Origin: Perkinsus chesapeaki ATCC PRA-425
Lineage: Eukaryota; Protista; Perkinsozoa
DNA: 64,000 bases
Assembly (NCBI GenBank): GCA_013115145.1
Contig: JAAPAO010000018.1
Coordinates: 62,001 to 126,000, forward strand
Direction: 5' to 3'
The notes under the pieces are model-generated. The model was not told the origin of the DNA. It worked only from the letters and a program-made list of their open reading frames with translations, and ran no database searches. Positions 58,401 to 64,000 of this stretch are shown here, piece after piece (within the stretch, counting starts at the first letter, position 1; each line of letters starts with the position of its first letter). The position numbers and the translations under genes were made by a program.

Positions 58401-60773
58401 CGCCGTGTAATGGCCAGAGTTTGCCGAGGCGCCGTGGTGCTCCAAGACCCCCGTGCACCTGTATCTTGCGCGCCCCGAAATTGCCTCGCCCTCGTCCGTA
58501 ATGAAGGGTGTTAAGTCCAAATCCTCCAGCGGGAAGTCGACCTCCGCCGCCAACCGTCTTCGTTCGCCATTCTCAAACATGTACCGCTGGATGATAATAC
58601 AAAGATGCTCCGGGCACTTTTCTATTTTCTGCACTCTCACAGCCTCCCCTCGCCCACTGCAATTCAAGCACTGATAGTCGCTGAAGTTTTCCTGCTCGAA
58701 CGTCCTCGCCAGGGACTCCTCAAGTCGCAGAGGTTCCGCAGAGTCCAAACAAATCCGGAGTTCGGCGAGGCGCTCCGATCGATGCACGCTGTTGCCACAC
58801 GTGTTGCACTGCGTACTGTAGCGAATGCTACCGCAAAAGATATCTTGGATGAAGTTGGGGGAGCCCGAGGGGATCTGCAATACTCATCTCTGGAGACGTA
58901 CGACTGCCCAAATTACCGCACTCTCAATCGTACTGAACAGCATGGTTGCCAGCTCGCTGGTATCCTCCTGCACTCCCGAGTCAAGCTGCAAAGATTCTCT
59001 CCAACGTCGCCAAGGTCTTCTTCAATCGCTCCTTACCTTACACGCCTTTATGAACGCCTCCACAGATCCCTTGCACGTAGCTGACACTCCCTCCTCCATT
59101 TCAGCAAATAGTACCTAAGACGGAGGCTCTAAAGAGAAGTCCACAGCCACCACGGAACTGTCAAGGGAATATCGAATGAAGGAAAAGGGAGATAACGAAG
59201 AATAAAGAAATTCAATTGTTAGACGATTACCGTAGGAAGGGAACAAGCCTATTTGAAGCCCCAGTGTGTCGGGCACCTTCCTGAGGTCTCGTAAATACTG
59301 TGCACGATGTGATCATGTGGAATTTTGCGACGATTGGTTTATCCATGAAAACATCGACGACTATCGGACGAACCAATGCAAGTGTCGCTTTCCAGTGGAA
59401 GGCTGGAACAGCTCAAGACAGCGCGATGGTTGAACTGAAGCCGATCGGATGAGCGAGATCTTTGAGAAGCTCCCATGAATGATGATATATTATCCCCCCA
59501 CAGCAAACATTTAATAGTATTACTCCACTACCTACTGTAGTCTACCCCTTCCTCCCCCCCTTTGTTGCTTCACATACCGTCTCGTATACTATCCGTTTAC
59601 TAGACTAGCCCCATGTTCCCCGAACAAGTTAATTCCACCGATTAAAGGCTGCTGCTGCTGCCCTTCTCGAACAATACCAATCCCGAGCACCAGAGTCATG
59701 TTGGCTCTGTTATCTGCCTCACCTCACAGTAGCCCTATTCCTATATACACCTCATCACAGCCCATTCTAAACCGCCCCTGCCTCAGCATCCCCCCTTCTA
59801 CTACCTGCATCGTCCTTAACCACGTTCCCTTCCCCTCCTCTATCGGTGGTATACTGTAAATGCCATACCGAAATGGTTTGATGGCATAGAGAGCTTGAAG
59901 CAGGGCATTCGCGTAGCAAGTGGCGCCGAGGTTACGCAGCCCCGCGTATTGTCCTGAAGGCATTCATGTCAGTTACACATCGAGTTCGTTTTTTGTCACA
60001 ATTTTTACGAACTTCCCCTCAGAACCGACCCGGGCACCATCAACAGTACCTTCCCTGAGCTGCTCAATATTCCTGTCCAATCCCAACTCGACCTTCAGGA
60101 ATCGGGGCGACCACAAGCCCTCCTTTCGATTTGTTGCCGACTGAAAATGAACAATATTAGAGGAATTATCAACAACATTTCAACCGCTGGCCGGTTCGGT
60201 GAAGCTGGTGGAGAGCTTCACCATTTGAAACTCGTTAATGCATTTCGTCTACTATCATCCAATGCTCATCGCGGTTGAGCTCTACCACCAACAATTTCAA
60301 CGCTCTTAATACTGCAAACTAGCACAGAGCTCATACCGCTCCCTCACCAAGCACCTCAGAATTTATGGTACACCCATTCCACAGCCCCATCTTTAAATGA
60401 ATAAGCACAGGCGCAGTGAACCGCCCCCCTTACTACCATAAAATCGAGAGGATCGTCCTTATGCCGTTGACTTGACTTCGGCGTCGTCCACTTCAACTTC
60501 GATAGGCTAAAACATGCCCACCTCACAGGCTCAGAGGAAACCCCGAAGCTGCCCGTTTCACCTCGGAAGGTTATAATACGGCAGGAGCGTGTCTGGCTTG
60601 TCTGCAACTGGTGCCTCCTCCTCCTCCGGGAAGCAGTTGAATTTCACACCAGCTGCATTCGAAGATGCCATCTCGATAATCGAAGCTCCCGAAGCTGAAT
60701 CTTTTGACACTATCTTTGATAGAGATATTGTGCGTAAAAATCCGACGATTCCTCCGCCGCTTTCCAAGCTCAT
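55486..60773 (-). CDS. USP-family deubiquitinase, USP48/UBP26-like, paralog 1, multi-exon
   Basis: Cys box [25 protein letters not shown], Zn finger CNTC...CLNC, His box GHYTA...WMAFND, TAYMLVY; Cys/His-rich DUSP-like modules ([12 protein letters not shown]); UBL-like end ([12 protein letters not shown]). Confidence 0.88.
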
Positions 60774-60985
60774 AGTAATAGTGACTTCTACACAACAGAA
60801 TAGGATACAGTCAAACGTATACTAACCACGCAACTTATACAACTGTTATCATTCCACATTCGCACACAACTGTCATACTAGAGCTCCCCTGCCTCCTCCT
60901 TTCGCCTCATCATCAGGTGCTGCTCTGCACATCTCCTCCCGCTCGCCATGAAATTGATTTATACCACATTTCCTTCGCATTTCCT

Positions 60986-63900
60986 TCAAGAGAATGACTC
61001 GTGGAATATACTTCCAACCAGACCGCCTTCAGCCCTCAGATTCCTCCTTCGCCGTCGATCCGCAGCAGCAGTCGATGCCGTGGTTTTCTCACTTCTCTTA
61101 ATCTTACTCGCCGGCTCACTAGTAACCGTCGGTGATGGGGTTGATGACGGCATACCCGTCGCTGTCTGCTCGCTCTTAGACACCCACAGCTTTGCCAGCT
61201 TAGGATGCCGGCAAAGATACCCGAATCGAGCGTCATCAGCCAGCTCTCTCTCCTCCGGGGCGGACTCACCGTCCTTACAGTACTGAAGAACCAGTTTGAC
61301 TCGGACATTCTTGGGCACAAACCCTCGAGTCAACACCTGCAGTCTCATATCGTAGCCACTTGTATTGGGGCAGATACCCTCAAGAGTGCCAAGACGGATC
61401 CCTCGACTGGCCGATCCTCCCCACTCCTTCGAGCGGACCTCCAAGTCAACCGCGTCAAAGACGGGAAAAGGCATACCGTCCTCGGCGAATTCGGGGGTGG
61501 AGGGCATTTCTACCACCCCACTCCTAACAGCACCGAGACCAGTGGTAGAGCCAGCTCCAACCAGGTAGTTAGCGTTGAGCTTGTCGGTGGCCATGTCGGT
61601 CCCTCCGCCTTTACCGCGGCCTTTGCTGCTTGCGCACACCGGGCAAGGCTGGGCATCACCTGGAAGCCAGGTCTCCATACGAAGCTTCGGCACCAGAGTC
61701 GGCAGCCTCGAACACAAACGCTCCGATTGCTCGATAGCCCTCTCGATGAGCCGCCGTGACCGAAGTACTCTAGTCGTTGATGTTGGCTTGTTTGTAGCAA
61801 GGTTACCATGTTCACAGACACAGCTGCCACAGAGGTCCACTTCGCCCAGAGAGCTCGGAGCAGTCGATACCGTATCCGATCCCTCCGAGTCACCATTGCT
61901 CGGCGACGGACTCGGTGCCCAGTAAGATGAACGCGACGACAAGGGAACAGCGGTCGGGCGAGGCTCCCTTAGTTTGGCTCGCACCAAAGTCTGCCAAATA
62001 GCATCATTAGGAACACCCATGGCAGCAGCGGCAGGACGAGGCGAGGTGTTCGGCGTTGAAGGTGGCGTCGGCTGATGCTGTTGCTGCTTCCTCTGACGGC
62101 CGCCACCAGAAGCCTTCCGGCCTCCCTGGCCGACAGTGGCCACCGTGGCGAGCTTGATTCGAGGCAGAGACTTGTACCATACCCATACACTACTGGCGGT
62201 CGGCGTACTTGAAGGGTCCGGCTGCAGTCGCTGGCATGTCTCATTGAACTCCCTCAAATCCGCAGTAAGATCGTGAAGATCTCTACAACACTCTACACAT
62301 AAACCATCCTTGCTCGCCAACGGCACCATAGCAGATCGCAGTGACTCTGACACTTCCTCTTTAGCCAACACTCGACAACGATTGGCAAATACACTCAGAG
62401 GGTCAACACGATCATGTTTGCACTTCATCTCCACCTTCAATGACTCCAGCACGTCACGGCTGCCCTCCTCCTGCTCGGTGCTATGCATGCCTGCCTCAGC
62501 CAGAAGAGCCCTCACCACATCGGTGCCCTTAGACCACTCCTTCAAAGCCAATGCCGGAACAAACACCAAATCGCCGATGCTCTTCACATTTTCATACGAG
62601 TGAGAGAGCCTAGAGATAAGCCCTCTCACTTCCCCCCGCCTCGCCTCTTGAGCCACACTAGCTGCCTCACACAGCTGTTTGTGCACAAACGTCTCCGGCA
62701 GCCTCAATGCATCGTTCTTGCGCTTGATCTCCGCGCCCAGCCACGGCGGCAAATCAGGACACTCCTCCACCTTGTAGCCTTGCTTCACATACAGCACCAT
62801 GTAAGCAGTGTGTGACCTTGCCCGCTCCGGTGCCGTCCGGTAACGCTTCGTGCCCCTCTCAGTTGGAGAGTCAACCTCGTTCGCGGCAACCACATCAGTA
62901 GGCGTAGTCCAGTCAACCTCCCGCACATCACCATCATCAAGCCTCCACCAGACACCAGTATTATGGTCTCTCAGTGTAGCCGTATAGTGCCCAGCATGTG
63001 CCACCGTACTGTGGTGCTCTAAAGCACCGACACAATCGTAAACACCAGCGTTAAACGGTCTCAAGTCCAACCCAATCAATGGGAAAGAGAGCTCCGTGAG
63101 AATCTTACGCCGAACGCCATCGACAAAGACATGGCGGTGCATAGTTATCCATAGGAACGGCGGCGCCGACTTGATCGACTGTCGCCGTGTCGCTTCACAG
63201 TACTTGCCACACGCGCAGCAATAGTAATGTCTGTCGTACGAGAACAACTCGGGGGCAAAGACGTCAGAGACCAAATCCTCGAGATGAATGTCACCACCAG
63301 AGCCAGGGGAATACGGCAGAGGGAGCCTCATTTCAGCAAAGACTTCAGTCTGCTTCGACACCGACCCACAGCTGTGGCAGGTGGTCTCATACATGACCAC
63401 ACCACCAAAGGTCTCTTGAACAAAGTCAGGAACGCCTTTAGGAATCTGAACAGCCGCGACGTGGCGATCTATAACACCACAGCGATGAGCCTACCAGTCG
63501 CTGCAGCCAACTCAGCAACAGCATCGATAGCTCGCTTGGATCCTCATGTGTGGCTGTGTGAATCTTGCACGCTTCAACAAAGGCTGTCACCGAAGATTCG
63601 CAGGTCGCACTTATACCACACTGCATTTCACCAAACAGAACCTACAAAGGCGACAACTACCGAAATACCAAATTAACTACCAAAACCACAACTCAAGCTG
63701 CACAAGAAAGGCTCACCTGCAAAGCCCGCAAACTGGCCGCTTGCTGGCTGAAGCCCGAACTGCGACCGTTAGGCTCGGCGGTGGACAAACTGATTACTGC
63801 TGTACGAAATGGTTTGGTGAAGAAGAGAGCTTGTATAAGGGAGTTCACATAACATGTAGCTCCGAGATTGCGGATGCCGGCATAAGGCCCTACAAAGGAC

Positions 63901-64000
63901 AGAGTCACCAAATAGGAGAGCAAAGACGGCAGCCCTACCGGCCCTCAAAGGCTCAAAGCCTTTATCCAGACCAAGCTCTTTCATCACAAAGTTCTTCTTT
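60986..64000 (-). CDS. USP-family deubiquitinase, USP48/UBP26-like, paralog 2; 5' end beyond the window
   Basis: Cys box [28 protein letters not shown]...CCAC, His box AGHYTA...WWRLDD, TAYMVLY; CKHDRVDP, CVECCRDL and CEHG modules; UBL-like NTSGYDMRLQV. Confidence 0.88.

Overview
Eukaryotic, gene-dense nuclear DNA with many short (about 40-60 nt) GT-AG introns. The gene style suggests an alveolate protist, probably Perkinsus-like; this is inference, not a database result. Left to right: N-terminal part of a CHD-type tandem-chromodomain gene (-); two tandem SPFH/band-7 genes (-), one ending in HDEL; a TDRD3/RMI1-like OB-fold gene (+); a secreted protein next to an 11-copy 39-bp palindromic minisatellite; an unknown gene; an apparently intact intron-rich Mutator (MULE)-SWIM transposase; an NHL beta-propeller protein; a class I sirtuin with unknown flanking exons; an EEF1AKMT4/METTL13-like methyltransferase; a second secreted protein; a young full-length Ty3/gypsy LTR retrotransposon (34633-40157); a dual-acylated Q/P-rich protein; NIP7; an amino-acid transporter; and a 20-kb head-to-tail minus-strand block. 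That block holds a 701-aa orphan, an SLX4-like gene, a histidine phosphatase, AP-3 sigma, two hypotheticals and two tandem USP48-like deubiquitinases. The most unexplained signal is a 13-bp motif, GCGCGCCACGAAA, that recurs about 10 times, mainly in short introns and intergenic gaps of unrelated genes. Exon boundaries were inferred by eye and are approximate. No tRNA, rRNA, spliced-leader RNA or CRISPR array was seen.
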